Shown here one piece after another: positions 20,411-30,950 of a DNA stretch of 64,000 nt. The notes under the pieces were generated by a model. The model was given only the letters and a program-made list of their open reading frames with translations, made no database searches and was not told where the DNA came from. The number at the start of each line of letters is the position of its first letter. Within the stretch, counting starts at the first letter, position 1. The DNA comes from Alphaproteobacteria bacterium (GTDB lineage: Bacteria; Pseudomonadota; Alphaproteobacteria; UBA2966; CAIVPW01), in contig CANKGV010000015.1 of the NCBI GenBank assembly GCA_947481575.1, forward strand, positions 15-64,014, in the 5' to 3' direction. Position numbers and translations under genes: made by a program.

Positions 20411-22258
20411 ATGCACAACGGGAGAAATACCCTCGTGGCCGGCGGCATTTCCGCATTGGCCATGGGCGTGATCGCGGGGGGGCTGGCATTGCCGGCATCC
20501 GCGCGCGATATGACCCAGACCCGCCTGGAGAACGCCGCGGCGGAGCCGGACAACTGGCTGCACGTGAACGGCAACTACTCGGCGCACCGTTTCGCCAACC
20601 TGACCCAGATCAACAAAGACAACGTAGGTCAGTTGAAGGTGAAGATGATGCTGTTGCTCGCCGGTCAGTCTCCGGCGATCGGCGGCCGTTACCAGGTGAC
20701 GCGCCTCGAAGGCACGCCGCTCGCCGAAGACGGCTTCCTCTACATCACCGACGGCTGGGGCGCGCTCTACAAGGTCGACATCCGCTCGGGCAACCGCGCC
20801 GACTTCGTGTGGAAAATGGATCCGCAGGTCGACAAGGTGTGGGCCGGCGACGTGGCCTGCTGCGGCGTCGATAACCGCGGTGCCGCGCTGTGGAAGGACT
20901 TGGTGGTCACGGTTGCCCTCGATGGCCGCCTGATCGGCACCAACAAAGAAACCGGCGAAGTGAAGTGGGAGAACAAGATCGCGGACCCGGCCAACGCCGA
21001 GACCCTGACGGTCGCCCCGCAGATCATCCGTGACATCGGTGTGGTCGGCATCGCCGGCGCCGAGTACGGCATCCGTGGCTTCCTCGAAGGCACCGATCTC
21101 AACACCGGCAAGTCGAAGTGGCGCACCCACACGGCCGGCGGCAACGATCGCGACCCGAACGAGAAGGCCAAGGCGACTTGGCTCGACAACTATAAGTCGT
21201 GGGAAACCGGTGGCGGCTCCATCTGGCAAACCGGCACGTACGATCCGAAGCTCAACCTGATGTACTGGGGCACCGGCAACGCCGGCCCCGACTACGACCA
21301 GGAATACCGCCCCGGCGACAACCTGTACGCCGCATCGGTGCTGGCCATGAATCCGGACGACGGGTTCATCAAGTGGTTCTTCCAGTACACCCCCGGCGAT
21401 CCGTACGACTACGACGAGATCGGCGAGCACCCGCTCATCGACATCGACATCGGCGGCAAGCCGATGCAGATCGTCACGCACCCGGGCCGCAACGGGTTCT
21501 TCTACGGCTTCGATCGCGCCAACGGCCAGTTCCTGTACGGGAAGCAGTACCCGAACGTCGTGACCTGGACCGACGGCATCGATCCGAAGACCGGCAAGCC
21601 GCTGTCGTATGTCGCTGGCGCTCCGCTCCAGCACTACAACGCCGGCACCGTCGCCACCCGCGACGGCAAGCCTGCACAGTTCTGCGGCGCCATCACTGGC
21701 GGCAAGAACTGGGAACCGTCCACCTACAGCCCGGTCACCAAGACCCTGTACACGGACTCGGCCGAAGGCTGCACGGGCCCGCGTATCGTCAGCAAGCTCG
21801 ACAACTTCACCGACAAGACGGTGGCGGGCGTGGCTGGCACGGTGAAGAAGCGGACCAGCTGGACCGGCGCGACGAACGCCCCGGCCGGTACGCCGAACCC
21901 GAACCCGCTGCAGAGCACGCGCTACTCGCTGAACGCGATCTCCCCGGTCGACGGTCACATCATCAACAAGGTGATGTACGACTCGAAGATCTGGGGCGTC
22001 GCCTCGACCGCGGGCGGTCTGGTGTTCGGTGGCAATTACCTGGGCGACTTCACCGCCTGGGACGCCGCGACCCTTGCTCCGCTGTGGACGTTCAACGTCG
22101 GCACCGCGATTGGTGGGCCGCCGATGTCGTTCGCCTACCAGGGCAAGCAGTACGTTGCGATCCTCGCCGGTAGCGCCGCTGGCGCCGCCGAACAGGCCCA
22201 GCGTCCGGGGACCAAGTTCTTCACCCCGTCGAACTACCTGTTCCTCTTCGGCCTCTAA
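20411..22258 (+). CDS. xoxF: PQQ-dependent methanol/ethanol-family dehydrogenase (XoxF/ExaF-like; lanthanide-type D-Y-D motif)
   Basis: Signal peptide (…LALPASA), vicinal Cys-Cys (GDVACCGVDNRG), an eight-bladed propeller W-motif pattern, and YDYDE aligning with MxaF WDYAG / XoxF WDYDG; GGAGA RBS 10 bp upstream of the ATG. Confidence 0.8.
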   Translation: MHNGRNTLVAGGISALAMGVIAGGLALPASARDMTQTRLENAAAEPDNWLHVNGNYSAHRFANLTQINKDNVGQLKVKMMLLLAGQSPAIGGRYQVTRLEGTPLAEDGFLYITDGWGALYKVDIRSGNRADFVWKMDPQVDKVWAGDVACCGVDNRGAALWKDLVVTVALDGRLIGTNKETGEVKWENKIADPANAETLTVAPQIIRDIGVVGIAGAEYGIRGFLEGTDLNTGKSKWRTHTAGGNDRDPNEKAKATWLDNYKSWETGGGSIWQTGTYDPKLNLMYWGTGNAGPDYDQEYRPGDNLYAASVLAMNPDDGFIKWFFQYTPGDPYDYDEIGEHPLIDIDIGGKPMQIVTHPGRNGFFYGFDRANGQFLYGKQYPNVVTWTDGIDPKTGKPLSYVAGAPLQHYNAGTVATRDGKPAQFCGAITGGKNWEPSTYSPVTKTLYTDSAEGCTGPRIVSKLDNFTDKTVAGVAGTVKKRTSWTGATNAPAGTPNPNPLQSTRYSLNAISPVDGHIINKVMYDSKIWGVASTAGGLVFGGNYLGDFTAWDAATLAPLWTFNVGTAIGGPPMSFAYQGKQYVAILAGSAAGAAEQAQRPGTKFFTPSNYLFLFGL

Positions 22259-22281
22259 CCCGAAGAAGCGCAGAAACGTTG

Positions 22282-22312
22282 GGGAGGCCGGGAAACCGGC
22301 CTCCCTTTTTTT
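22282..22312 (+). terminator. Rho-independent terminator of the PQQ dehydrogenase gene
   Basis: GGGAGGCCGG-GAAA-CCGGCCTCCC followed by TTTTTTT. Confidence 0.85.
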
Positions 22313-22320
22313 CGTCGCAC

Positions 22321-22690
22321 TCCGATGGCTGCACGCAACGTGCAGCGACCAAGCTCGATGCGTTTCGAGGCGTGCGGCAATGTGAGTAAGCGGACCACCT
22401 GGACCGTCGGCGACTCAAGATCATAACCGACTCGAAGAACCGGGGAATGCTGGCGACCGTCGGCGGCCTAGTCTCCTCGGGCACCTATCGGGGCGACGTC
22501 CGCACGACGCCGACACGCAGGTACCGGTGTGGGGTACGCCGAGCGGTGCGCCGCCAATGTCGTTCGCGGCTTATGGCAAGCAGTACATCGCCATCGAAGT
22601 CGGTGGTGCGGCCCGGCTGATGGTCTTGGAGCTCTATCCCGAAGTCACTGCGATTGGAGAGGCCGGGAAGGGGCCTCCCTTCTTGGGTCG
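22321..22690 (+). pseudogene. Decayed remnant of a PQQ-dehydrogenase 3' region (mosaic tandem partial duplicate including a degenerate terminator copy)
   Basis: The nucleotide sequence matches the 61540-61930 paralog region (…KLDAF…, …ITDSKN.G…, …PPMSFA.YGKQYIAIEVGGAA) with internal deletions. The 3' end (ctctatcccgaag…GGAGAGGCCGGGAAGGGGCCTCCCTTCTT) matches the intact gene's stop/terminator region at 22250-22312. Confidence 0.7.
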
Positions 22691-22754
22691 AGTTCGCAAA
22701 CGAAAGCGCCGGCCAGGAGACCCTGGCCGGCGCTTTCGGGTTCGATGGGGACGT

Positions 22755-23357
22755 CTACTTCAGGCTGTCGCAGTTCCGGTTGGTAGCGCCGTAGTACATG
22801 ACGCACTTTTCCTTGTTCATGCCACCGTTCTTGTAGGCGTAGATGATCCAGTTCGCGACGTCCTTGATTTCCTGATCCTGCAGATAGCGCGAGCCCGGGC
22901 CGACCGGGTCCAGCGGGAACTGCAAGGGGGTCGTCGCCAGTTCTTCCTTGGTCAGGCCGTAGCACTTGTGGTCCGAGGTCCACGACGTACGCTCGTGACG
23001 CGGCATGATCGTGCCGGGACGGCCGCAACGGGCGGCTTCTTCAATGCCACCCGGATCGAGCTGGGTGTTCACGAAGCTCGGCTTGTCGAACGTGCGGCCG
23101 AGATCTTCCATCGGCTCGGTACGCGCGCCGGTGCCGTCCCAGTTGTGGCAGAAAACGCACTGCGCGGTCGTCTTAAAGATGGTCAATCCGCGCGCAATGG
23201 ACGCCATGTCCGGGGCTGCTGCAGCGGCGGCGGCGGCGGGAGCGGGAGCGTTCTGCGCAAGAGTCGGCGCGATACCGGCTAGGCCAAGGAGCCCGCTGCC
23301 GGCCACAGCGGCGATCACCCATGCGGCGCGCACGCGTGTTCGATTGTTGAGACCCAT
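22755..23357 (-). CDS. Mono-haem c-type cytochrome (candidate electron acceptor of the adjacent PQQ dehydrogenase)
   Basis: Signal peptide with an Ala-rich linker, a single CVFCH haem-binding motif, ~165-aa mature size; convergent with xoxF. Identity as XoxG/cytochrome cL is not established. Confidence 0.6.
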   Translation of the reverse strand: MGLNNRTRVRAAWVIAAVAGSGLLGLAGIAPTLAQNAPAPAAAAAAAAPDMASIARGLTIFKTTAQCVFCHNWDGTGARTEPMEDLGRTFDKPSFVNTQLDPGGIEEAARCGRPGTIMPRHERTSWTSDHKCYGLTKEELATTPLQFPLDPVGPGSRYLQDQEIKDVANWIIYAYKNGGMNKEKCVMYYGATNRNCDSLK

Positions 23358-23505
23358 GACGTTGACCTCCCCTCAAGTCCTACCGATTGGAATTGCGGCG
23401 GGGACGCTACACCATTGCGCGACGCGCCTTCAACGAGGAAAATGCCGCCACGCGAGCGATGCGTGGCGCGACACCGCACCCTCGCAATAGCTCCAGAGGA
23501 TTCAG

Positions 23506-24318
23506 ATGCTGTTGATGGCTTCCCTTCGCCGCATCGGGTGCGCAGCGGCAATGCTCGGCGCGACGACGTGCGGCGGGGCAATCGCGGCGCAGGCACAGGC
23601 TGCGCCACCGCCCGGTGCGGCTGCGGCCGTAAGGGTGCCCGGTGATCTTCGCGACATCCGCATCGGCGCCAACGCCACCGAAATTCCTACGGCGGGCTAC
23701 TACAAGTTCGCTTGTGGCAGCAACGGCGGTCCACCGCTCAATCCGTTGCAGGATTGGTCCGAGTTCAAGAAGTGCCTAGTGGAAAAGGGTACCGGGCTCC
23801 GCGAGGTCTATTTTGAGTACGACAACGAGGGCGAACTCGCGGCTCGCATGCTCGCGGATTTGCTTGGTCCGGAGAACGCAAACATTCCCGGACGCAACTA
23901 CAATGGCACCCGCGTTGCCGGTTACCCGGTGGTGTTGTCGGTCTTGTTCGACGAAACGGGATCGGCGAAGGCAATCCGCGCTGTGACCGATGATCGTGCC
24001 GCGTTCGACTACCGGCACAACGCGTACCTGATGCGGATCCCCATCATGAATCAGTGGGGTGGGGCTAGCTCTTGGGAGTGCAAGAACACCCCGTTGAGCG
24101 AGGGGCAAACGCCTGTTGGCAGCTTCTTTGTGAAGACGCACTGCGAAAAGGACGTGAACGCCGACCGCCACATGGTCGTGGAGGCGAACCTGTATCGCAA
24201 ACCAGGCCAGACCGGCTTTGACCGCGCCGGTCAGCCCGTTGAAGGCGACTACCTGAGCCAGAGCCGGTGGGAAAACTGGGACGCCGCTTGGTGGCGTGCC
24301 CATCCGCCCACGCCCTAG
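23506..24318 (+). CDS. Secreted hypothetical protein (four Cys in the mature part)
   Basis: N-terminal signal peptide (…AIAAQAQA) and a P/A-rich linker; no family recognised. Confidence 0.4.
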   Translation: MLLMASLRRIGCAAAMLGATTCGGAIAAQAQAAPPPGAAAAVRVPGDLRDIRIGANATEIPTAGYYKFACGSNGGPPLNPLQDWSEFKKCLVEKGTGLREVYFEYDNEGELAARMLADLLGPENANIPGRNYNGTRVAGYPVVLSVLFDETGSAKAIRAVTDDRAAFDYRHNAYLMRIPIMNQWGGASSWECKNTPLSEGQTPVGSFFVKTHCEKDVNADRHMVVEANLYRKPGQTGFDRAGQPVEGDYLSQSRWENWDAAWWRAHPPTP

Positions 24319-24331
24319 GCAATGCGGCGTC

Positions 24332-25219
24332 TCACAGTCCGGGAATTGTGCCACCCGGATTGGTGTCGCCGTTCGGCATCATCGCCCCCGCGAAGATAGT
24401 TCCCTTGGTGACCGTGTCGGTCATGATCGCCGCCTGCAACCGTGCATCGGTGAAGTTGGTTCCGGTCAGATCCGCTTCCGTCAGATCGGCAGCATAGAGA
24501 TCCGCGCCAGTGAAGTTCGAGCCGGCCAAGTTGGCGCCGCGCAAAATCACGTTGGGCATGTCCGCCACTTCGAAGTTGGCGCCGCTGAGATCGAGGCCAC
24601 GCAGGTTCACTTCGTCCCACCGAGTGCCGCCCATATACGAATTGGCGAACTTCGCGCCGCTCACCGTGGCCAGGCGGAAGTCGGCATCGATCATGCGTGC
24701 ACCGGTAAAGTTGACCTGCTGGAGGCGGGCCCGCAGGAGCAATGTCTGCTCGCCATAGGCGTACCCGAGGTCCGCATTCGTCATGTCGGCCAGGTAGAAG
24801 TTCACCGACGAAATGATCGAATGCCTCAGATTGACCCGGCGCATGTTGGCGCTGGACAGGTTCACTCCGTCTAGGTCCGCACCTTCTAGATTGGCGTCGA
24901 CTAAGATGGCCGAGAACAGATTTGCCCCGATCAAATTGGCGCCCGCGAGGTTGGCGCCGGTCAGGTCACGGCGCTGTACCTCAATCTTCTCCAGGTTGCA
25001 GCGGGGGCAGTCGTTGGTCTTGCCGGCCAAGAAGGCGTCGCGGTCGCCGATCATAGCGGGGAGCTTGGCCCCCGTCGGTCCGACACCTTCCGTCGCGGCG
25101 GCAACCTGACCCGTTGCGGTAGCGGGGCTAAGGGCGGCGAGGGCGGCTATCGCAAACGAACCCGCCAGCACCGCGGCTGCACGCCAGGTGCTTTGGTTGT
25201 TCTTGCAAGACTCCGCCAT
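24332..25219 (-). CDS. Secreted pentapeptide-repeat protein
   Basis: Signal peptide; a long run of A(D/N)LxG/A(N/D)Lxx pentapeptide repeats (…ANLAGANLIGANLFSAILVDANLEGADLDGVNLSSANM…); start taken at MAESCKNN. Confidence 0.7.
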   Translation of the reverse strand: MAESCKNNQSTWRAAAVLAGSFAIAALAALSPATATGQVAAATEGVGPTGAKLPAMIGDRDAFLAGKTNDCPRCNLEKIEVQRRDLTGANLAGANLIGANLFSAILVDANLEGADLDGVNLSSANMRRVNLRHSIISSVNFYLADMTNADLGYAYGEQTLLLRARLQQVNFTGARMIDADFRLATVSGAKFANSYMGGTRWDEVNLRGLDLSGANFEVADMPNVILRGANLAGSNFTGADLYAADLTEADLTGTNFTDARLQAAIMTDTVTKGTIFAGAMMPNGDTNPGGTIPGL

Positions 25220-25349
25220 TGGGAACTCCAATCCATTCAGCGCGAATGGCGGCATCATACTAGCGCCCACTCCACGAATAACAGGGGCGGCACCTTGGTG
25301 CCGCCCCTCAGGTATTCGTGATGTTGCGCGTGACTGACCGCGCGGGCGC

Positions 25350-25982
25350 CTAGCTCAACAGGAATGCGAAATGGCGCATCCCGACCATGGCGAACAGCAT
25401 CGGCAGAGACAGAGCGGTATTGGTGCGGGAGGCCAAGAACGCCATCCGTGCCGCACGTTTCTTCACGTCATCGGCAGCGGCGACAAGGCCAAGCACCTTC
25501 TGCTGGTTCGGCCAAATGATGAACCAGACGTTGAAAGCCATGATCAGGCCCAGCCACATGCCGAAGCCAATCGTGGAATTGTAGGGCGAGCCGTCGGTAA
25601 GGCCGAGCGCAAGTGCGTCCACAATGTAGCCCGCGGTGCCGGCCAGGACGATTCCCCAGAACACGGTGCTCGCCGCCGCCCACCGGAAGAAGAACAAGGC
25701 GCGCGGCGCAATGACTTTCGTGACCGCTGGTTTCTGCTCAGCGGGAATCTCCGCCATGCTCGGCACCTGCACGAAGTTGAAGTAGTAGAGCAGGCCGATC
25801 CACATGACGCCGCTGACCACATGGAACCAGCGGAACAGGAAGCCGATCCAGCTCGCTACGCCCTCTGGTTCGCCGGGCGCGCCGCCGCCGGTGCTGATGG
25901 CCATTACCAGCAAGACCATGACGGCGGTCAGAACCAAGCCGGCAATAAACGTGCCCCAAAGCGAATCGAGTGGGTTCTTCAT
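25350..25982 (-). CDS. Integral membrane protein of unknown function (4-5 TM helices)
   Basis: Hydrophobic helices; motif FHVVSGVMWIGLLYYFNFVQVP; family not confidently recognised. Confidence 0.45.
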   Translation of the reverse strand: MKNPLDSLWGTFIAGLVLTAVMVLLVMAISTGGGAPGEPEGVASWIGFLFRWFHVVSGVMWIGLLYYFNFVQVPSMAEIPAEQKPAVTKVIAPRALFFFRWAAASTVFWGIVLAGTAGYIVDALALGLTDGSPYNSTIGFGMWLGLIMAFNVWFIIWPNQQKVLGLVAAADDVKKRAARMAFLASRTNTALSLPMLFAMVGMRHFAFLLS

Positions 25983-26064
25983 CCGTGACGTCCTCGCATC
26001 AAATGAGTTTGCGCCGCAGTAGCGGCGTATGGATGATATTCACAATATCTAGGGCCAGCAAGGT

Positions 26065-26748
26065 TTGGGGCACGGGTATCTTGTGGATATGACCAGCGGG
26101 ACGCCGATCCGGGCAGATGTTCGCGCCCACGACTATGGCCGCTATTGCTGCGCCTTATTCGCGCCGCCCTCGGCCCAGCCAGCACTGCTGGCGATCCTTG
26201 CATTCGCCTTGGAGGTCGGCCGGGTGCGCAGCCGTGTGCGTGAGCCGGCAATGGGCGAGATTCGCCTGATCTGGTGGCGTGATGCGATTGACCGATTGTT
26301 TGCTGGAGCCGCGACCAAGCACCCGGTGACGGACGCACTGGCGCGCCCGGTCGCGAACTACGGCCTGAGCCGCGACCACTTCGTCGCACTTATCGCGGGC
26401 AACCTCGAAGCGTTGCAACGTCCGGAGGCCGCCGAGGAAACCGACGCAGCAGGGGTCGCACCATTGCGGCTGTGGCTAGAAGTTCTTGGATCAACGAACG
26501 ACGCGGCGGTTCACGCGGTCCAACACGTGGGGCGCGCGTGGATGCTTGCCCGTTCCGGGGCCCAAGAGCTGGCCATGGAAGAACTGGGCGCCGCACGCGC
26601 AATGCGCCGGGATGTGCCGCGCGCGGCGCTACCGGCTCTGTTGCCAGCAGTGCTGGCGCAGCGCGCCCTCCGGCGCGGGCGTGAGGATACACCAGGGCTG
26701 TGGGTGCCGCTGAGTTTGGCGCAGGCCGCGCTATTCGGCCGCTACTGA
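26065..26748 (+). CDS. Squalene/phytoene synthase family protein (short form)
   Basis: [25 protein letters not shown]…[13 protein letters not shown] matches the …ALFAP…LYAF.RE…GE.RLQWWRDA… pattern of this family; the N-terminal start is uncertain. Confidence 0.55.
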   Translation: MGHGYLVDMTSGTPIRADVRAHDYGRYCCALFAPPSAQPALLAILAFALEVGRVRSRVREPAMGEIRLIWWRDAIDRLFAGAATKHPVTDALARPVANYGLSRDHFVALIAGNLEALQRPEAAEETDAAGVAPLRLWLEVLGSTNDAAVHAVQHVGRAWMLARSGAQELAMEELGAARAMRRDVPRAALPALLPAVLAQRALRRGREDTPGLWVPLSLAQAALFGRY

Positions 26749-28074
26749 AGGCCGACCACCCAGCCATTCGGTGAAGTCCGCGCGCGCACGCGTGGACAGT
26801 GACCGCTTACGGTCCTCGCCTTTGGCAAGCGCAACTGGCGGCGGAAACAGGCCGAAGTTCGCGTTCATCGGTTGAAATGTCGCGGCGGTCGCCCCGCCAG
26901 TGATGTGACGCAGTAACGCTCCCATCGACGTGGTTGGCGGCGGAGCTGCCGGATCGCGTCCGAGTCGTTCTGCGGCGGCAAAACGCCCGGCCAGCAGGCC
27001 CATGGCGGTGCTTTCAACATATCCCTCGACGCCGGTGATCTGACCGGCGAAGCGCAACCGCGGCATCGCCTTCAGTCGGAGCAACGGATCGAGCAACTTC
27101 GGACTATTCAGGAACGTGTTGCGGTGAATGCCGCCGAGCCGCGCAAAGTTTGCGTTCTCCAGCCCTGGAATCATTCGGAGCACCCGGACCTGCTCCGCGT
27201 ACTTCATTTTGGTCTGGAAGCCGACCAAGTTGTAGAGCGTGCCCAGGGCGTTCTCGCGTCGGAGTTGGACGACCGCCCACGGCCGCCGTCCGGTCTTCGG
27301 ATCCGTCAAACCAATCGGCTTCATCGGACCGTAGCGCAGTGTCTCCGGTCCGCGGGTCGCCATTACCTCGACCGGCAGGCAACCCTCGAAGTACGGGGTG
27401 TCGCGCTCCCATTCCTTGAATTCCGTGGTCTCGGCCGTTCGCAGTGCCTCTACGAATGCGTTGTACTGGGGTTGAGTCATGGGACAGTTCAGGTAGTCGG
27501 TCCCGTCGCCTTTGCCCCAACGCGACTCGAACCACGCGAGGTTGGTATCGACGCTCTCGGCATGGATGATTGGCGCGATAGCGTCGAAGAATGCCAACGA
27601 ATTCTCGCCTGTCACGCCGCGCACCGCTTCGGCCAACGCAGGCGAGGTGAGGGGGCCGGTAGCGACGATCACCGAATCCCAATCTGACGGCGGGAGGCCC
27701 GCGACCTCATTCCGGGCGACGGTCACTAGCGGATCGGCGGTCAGGGTCTCTTGGATGGTGGCGGAGAACAAATTGCGGTCGACTGCGAGCGCCGCCCCCG
27801 CCGGTACACGGTGCCGATCTGCGGCCATCATGATGAGGGAACCGGACCGGCGGAGTTCCTCGTGCAACAGGCCTACCGCGTTGGTGTCAGCCTCGTCGGA
27901 GCGGAACGAATTCGAACAAACCAGTTCCGCCAAGTTTCCCGTGACGTGGGCTTCGGTGGTGCGCACGGGGCGCATTTCGTGGATCACCACCGGGATGCCT
28001 GCGCGTGCGATCTGCCACGCAGCTTCGCTGCCGGCCAAACCGCCGCCGACTACGTGGATCGCGGAGATGGTCAT
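26731..28074 (-). CDS. trmFO: Methylenetetrahydrofolate--tRNA-(uracil-5-)-methyltransferase TrmFO
   Basis: [19 protein letters not shown]-binding motif, …VCSNSFRSD…, ~447 aa. Confidence 0.9.
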   Translation of the reverse strand: MTISAIHVVGGGLAGSEAAWQIARAGIPVVIHEMRPVRTTEAHVTGNLAELVCSNSFRSDEADTNAVGLLHEELRRSGSLIMMAADRHRVPAGAALAVDRNLFSATIQETLTADPLVTVARNEVAGLPPSDWDSVIVATGPLTSPALAEAVRGVTGENSLAFFDAIAPIIHAESVDTNLAWFESRWGKGDGTDYLNCPMTQPQYNAFVEALRTAETTEFKEWERDTPYFEGCLPVEVMATRGPETLRYGPMKPIGLTDPKTGRRPWAVVQLRRENALGTLYNLVGFQTKMKYAEQVRVLRMIPGLENANFARLGGIHRNTFLNSPKLLDPLLRLKAMPRLRFAGQITGVEGYVESTAMGLLAGRFAAAERLGRDPAAPPPTTSMGALLRHITGGATAATFQPMNANFGLFPPPVALAKGEDRKRSLSTRARADFTEWLGGRPSVAAE

Positions 28075-30950
28075 GCCTTGCGCCGCTTCTTGGTCGTCAG
28101 TCCGCCCGCTTCGGTCGCTACCGTAGAGCGGGCCAGTGTTTCCGCCACGAACCGGCCGGTCTGGCTACGGGGAGACTTCGCAACGGCCTCCGGCGTACCG
28201 CGGGCGACGATATACCCGCCCTTGTTGCCGCCTTCCGGGCCCATGTCGACAATCCAGTCAGCGGCCTTGATGATGTCCAGGTTGTGTTCGATCACCAGCA
28301 CCGTGTTGCCCGTGCTGACCAATGCCTGCATCACTTCGAGCAGCTTGCGTACGTCCTCAAAATGCAGGCCGGTCGTTGGCTCATCCAGAATGTAGAGGGT
28401 CTGGCCGGTGCTGCGGCGCGCGAGTTCCTTGGACAACTTCACGCGCTGTGCCTCGCCTCCGGACAGCGTGGTGGCTGCCTGGCCAAGATGGATGTAGCCA
28501 AGGCCCACCTGCTGGAGCATCACGAGTTTGTCCCGCACGGCTGGGACCGCGCTGAACAGCTCGGCGGATTCGTCGATGGTCATGTCGAGGACATCGGCGA
28601 TCGATTTCTCCCGGAACAACACCTCAAGTGTTTCGCGGTTGAAGCGGCGGCCCTTGCAGACGTCGCACTGCACATACACATCCGGCAGGAAGTGCATCTC
28701 GATCTTGATCAGCCCATCGCCCTGGCAGGCCTCGCAGCGTCCACCCTTCACGTTGAACGAGAAGCGCCCGGGCAGATACCCGCGTGCCTTCGCTTCCGGC
28801 AGGCCCGCGAACCAGTCGCGAATTGGGGTGAAGGCACCGGTGTAGGTGGCCGGGTTCGAACGCGGCGTACGTCCGATCGGCGACTGGTCGATGTCGACCA
28901 CCTTATCGATGAATTCCATGCCCTCGATAGCGTCGTGGGCACCGGGCTGGTCACGGGTGCCAAGGAGTTTGCGGGCGACCGCCTTGTACAGCGTCTCGAT
29001 CACAAGGGTCGACTTGCCGGACCCGGACACTCCCGTGACGCACGTCATCGTGCCGATGGGGAACTCGGCTGTGACGTTCTTCAAGTTGTTGGCACGTGCG
29101 CCCACTACTCGAAGGACTTGGCCTGGCTTGCCGGGCCGGCGCTCGGCGGGAACCGGCACCTGGCGAGTCCGGGTGAGGTACTGGCCGGTGAGACTGCGCG
29201 CGTTGCGCATGATCTGTTGCGGAGTTCCCTCGGCGATCACATGACCGCCGTGAACGCCCGCACCGGGGCCCATGTCGATAACATGGTCCGCCGCGAGAAT
29301 CGCGTCCTCATCATGTTCGACCACGATTACCGTGTTGCCGATGTCGCGGAGGCGGACCAGGGTGGTTAGGAGCTTGGCATTGTCGCACTGGTGCAAGCCG
29401 ATCGACGGCTCATCCAGCACGTACAAAACACCGGTGAGCCCCGACCCAATCTGAGACGCCAACCGGATGCGCTGGCTCTCGCCGCCCGACAACGTGCCTG
29501 ACTGACGGGCCAGGGTGAGGTAGCCCAGGCCAACGTTGGTTAGGAACCCGAGGCGCTCGTTGATCTCCTTGAGAATTCGGCCGGCGATTTCGTTCTGTTT
29601 GGACGTCAAATGCGACGGCAAGTTCTCAAACCAAGTGCGGGCGTCCTCGATCGGCAGTTCGGATGCCTGCGCAATGTTGAGGTCGCCGACGCGAACCGCC
29701 AACGCCTCCGGTTTGTAGCGCGTGCCACCGCATGCCTCACACGGCGCCGTATTTTGGAACCGGCTCATGTCTTCGCGCGCCCACGCGGACTCCGTGTTGC
29801 GGAATCGACGTTCCAGATTCGGAATCACGCCTTCGAACGGCTTGGCGCTGCCAAAGGTCTTGCCACCATCATCGTACTTGATTGCGATCGTCTGATCGCC
29901 CGAGCCGTACAGGATCGTGTTCTGAACCTTCTCCGGCAAATCTTCCCACGGCGCCCGCATGCTCACTTTGAAGTGGCGGGTGATCGCCGCGAGGGTTTGC
30001 CCGTAATAGGGCGAGGGCGAACGGGACCATGGCGCTACCGCGCCATCTTCGAGGCTCGCCTTACTGTTCGGCACCACGAGCGCCGGGTCGAAGAACAGCT
30101 TGGTGCCCAGCCCGTCGCAGGTTGGGCAAGCGCCGTAGGGGTTGTTGAACGAGAACAGCCGCGGTTCGATCTCTTCGATGGTGAAGCCGGATACCGGGCA
30201 AGCGAACTTCGAAGAGAACGTAGTGCGCTCTCCGGTATCCGCGTTTTCCGCGAACACGATGCCGTCGGCTAGGCCCAGCGCCGTTTCCAGGCTCTCGGCG
30301 ACGCGATTGCCTAGGTCAGGGCCCACCACCAGGCGGTCCACCACCACTTCGATGTCGTGCTTGAGCTTTTTGTTGAGCGCAGGCACCGCCTCGATGTCAT
30401 AGACCTTGCCATCGACCTTGACGCGCTGGAAGCCACGCTTGAGCAGGGCTTGGACCTCTTTCCGGTACTCGCCCTTGCGGCCGCGCACGATGGGCGCCAG
30501 CACCAGTAGGCGGGTGCCCTGCGGCATCGCGGTGATGCGGTCGGTCATTTGGCTGACCGTCTGGCTTTCGATGGGGAGGCCGGTGGCAGGGGAGTAGGGG
30601 ATACCGACCCGCGCATACAGCAGGCGCAGGTAGTCGTGGATTTCGGTCACGGTGCCAACGGTCGAGCGCGGATTACGCGAGGTCGTCTTTTGCTCGATGG
30701 AGATAGCCGGCGACAGGCCCTCAATCGAGTCGACGTCAGGCTTCTGCATCAGTTCCAGAAACTGGCGCGCGTAGGCCGACAGGCTTTCGACGTAGCGGCG
30801 CTGGCCCTCGGCATAGATCGTGTCGAAGGCCAGGGTGGACTTGCCGGACCCGGACAGTCCGGTGATGACGACGAGCTTGTCGCGCGGAATCTCGACGTCG
30901 ATGTTCTTCAAGTTGTGCTCGCGCGCACCGCGAATCGATATGGACTTCAT
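28071..30950 (-). CDS. uvrA: Excinuclease ABC subunit A
   Basis: [53 protein letters not shown]; two ABC modules; zinc-finger Cys pairs; 959 aa. Confidence 0.95.
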   Translation of the reverse strand: MKSISIRGAREHNLKNIDVEIPRDKLVVITGLSGSGKSTLAFDTIYAEGQRRYVESLSAYARQFLELMQKPDVDSIEGLSPAISIEQKTTSRNPRSTVGTVTEIHDYLRLLYARVGIPYSPATGLPIESQTVSQMTDRITAMPQGTRLLVLAPIVRGRKGEYRKEVQALLKRGFQRVKVDGKVYDIEAVPALNKKLKHDIEVVVDRLVVGPDLGNRVAESLETALGLADGIVFAENADTGERTTFSSKFACPVSGFTIEEIEPRLFSFNNPYGACPTCDGLGTKLFFDPALVVPNSKASLEDGAVAPWSRSPSPYYGQTLAAITRHFKVSMRAPWEDLPEKVQNTILYGSGDQTIAIKYDDGGKTFGSAKPFEGVIPNLERRFRNTESAWAREDMSRFQNTAPCEACGGTRYKPEALAVRVGDLNIAQASELPIEDARTWFENLPSHLTSKQNEIAGRILKEINERLGFLTNVGLGYLTLARQSGTLSGGESQRIRLASQIGSGLTGVLYVLDEPSIGLHQCDNAKLLTTLVRLRDIGNTVIVVEHDEDAILAADHVIDMGPGAGVHGGHVIAEGTPQQIMRNARSLTGQYLTRTRQVPVPAERRPGKPGQVLRVVGARANNLKNVTAEFPIGTMTCVTGVSGSGKSTLVIETLYKAVARKLLGTRDQPGAHDAIEGMEFIDKVVDIDQSPIGRTPRSNPATYTGAFTPIRDWFAGLPEAKARGYLPGRFSFNVKGGRCEACQGDGLIKIEMHFLPDVYVQCDVCKGRRFNRETLEVLFREKSIADVLDMTIDESAELFSAVPAVRDKLVMLQQVGLGYIHLGQAATTLSGGEAQRVKLSKELARRSTGQTLYILDEPTTGLHFEDVRKLLEVMQALVSTGNTVLVIEHNLDIIKAADWIVDMGPEGGNKGGYIVARGTPEAVAKSPRSQTGRFVAETLARSTVATEAGGLTTKKRRKA

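Noticed and set aside
22527-23282. 251-aa plus-strand ORF starting MWGTPSGAPPMSFAAYGKQYIAIEVGG
   Set aside because: Its first ~35 codons are the decayed PQQ-dehydrogenase remnant. The rest runs antisense through the cytochrome c gene and reads as Arg-rich noise. It is not a gene.
23506-24318. Considered calling the 270-aa secreted protein XoxJ/MxaJ
   Set aside because: XoxJ/MxaJ belong to the periplasmic solute-binding protein family 3. This sequence shows none of that family's pattern as far as I can judge, so it is left as hypothetical.
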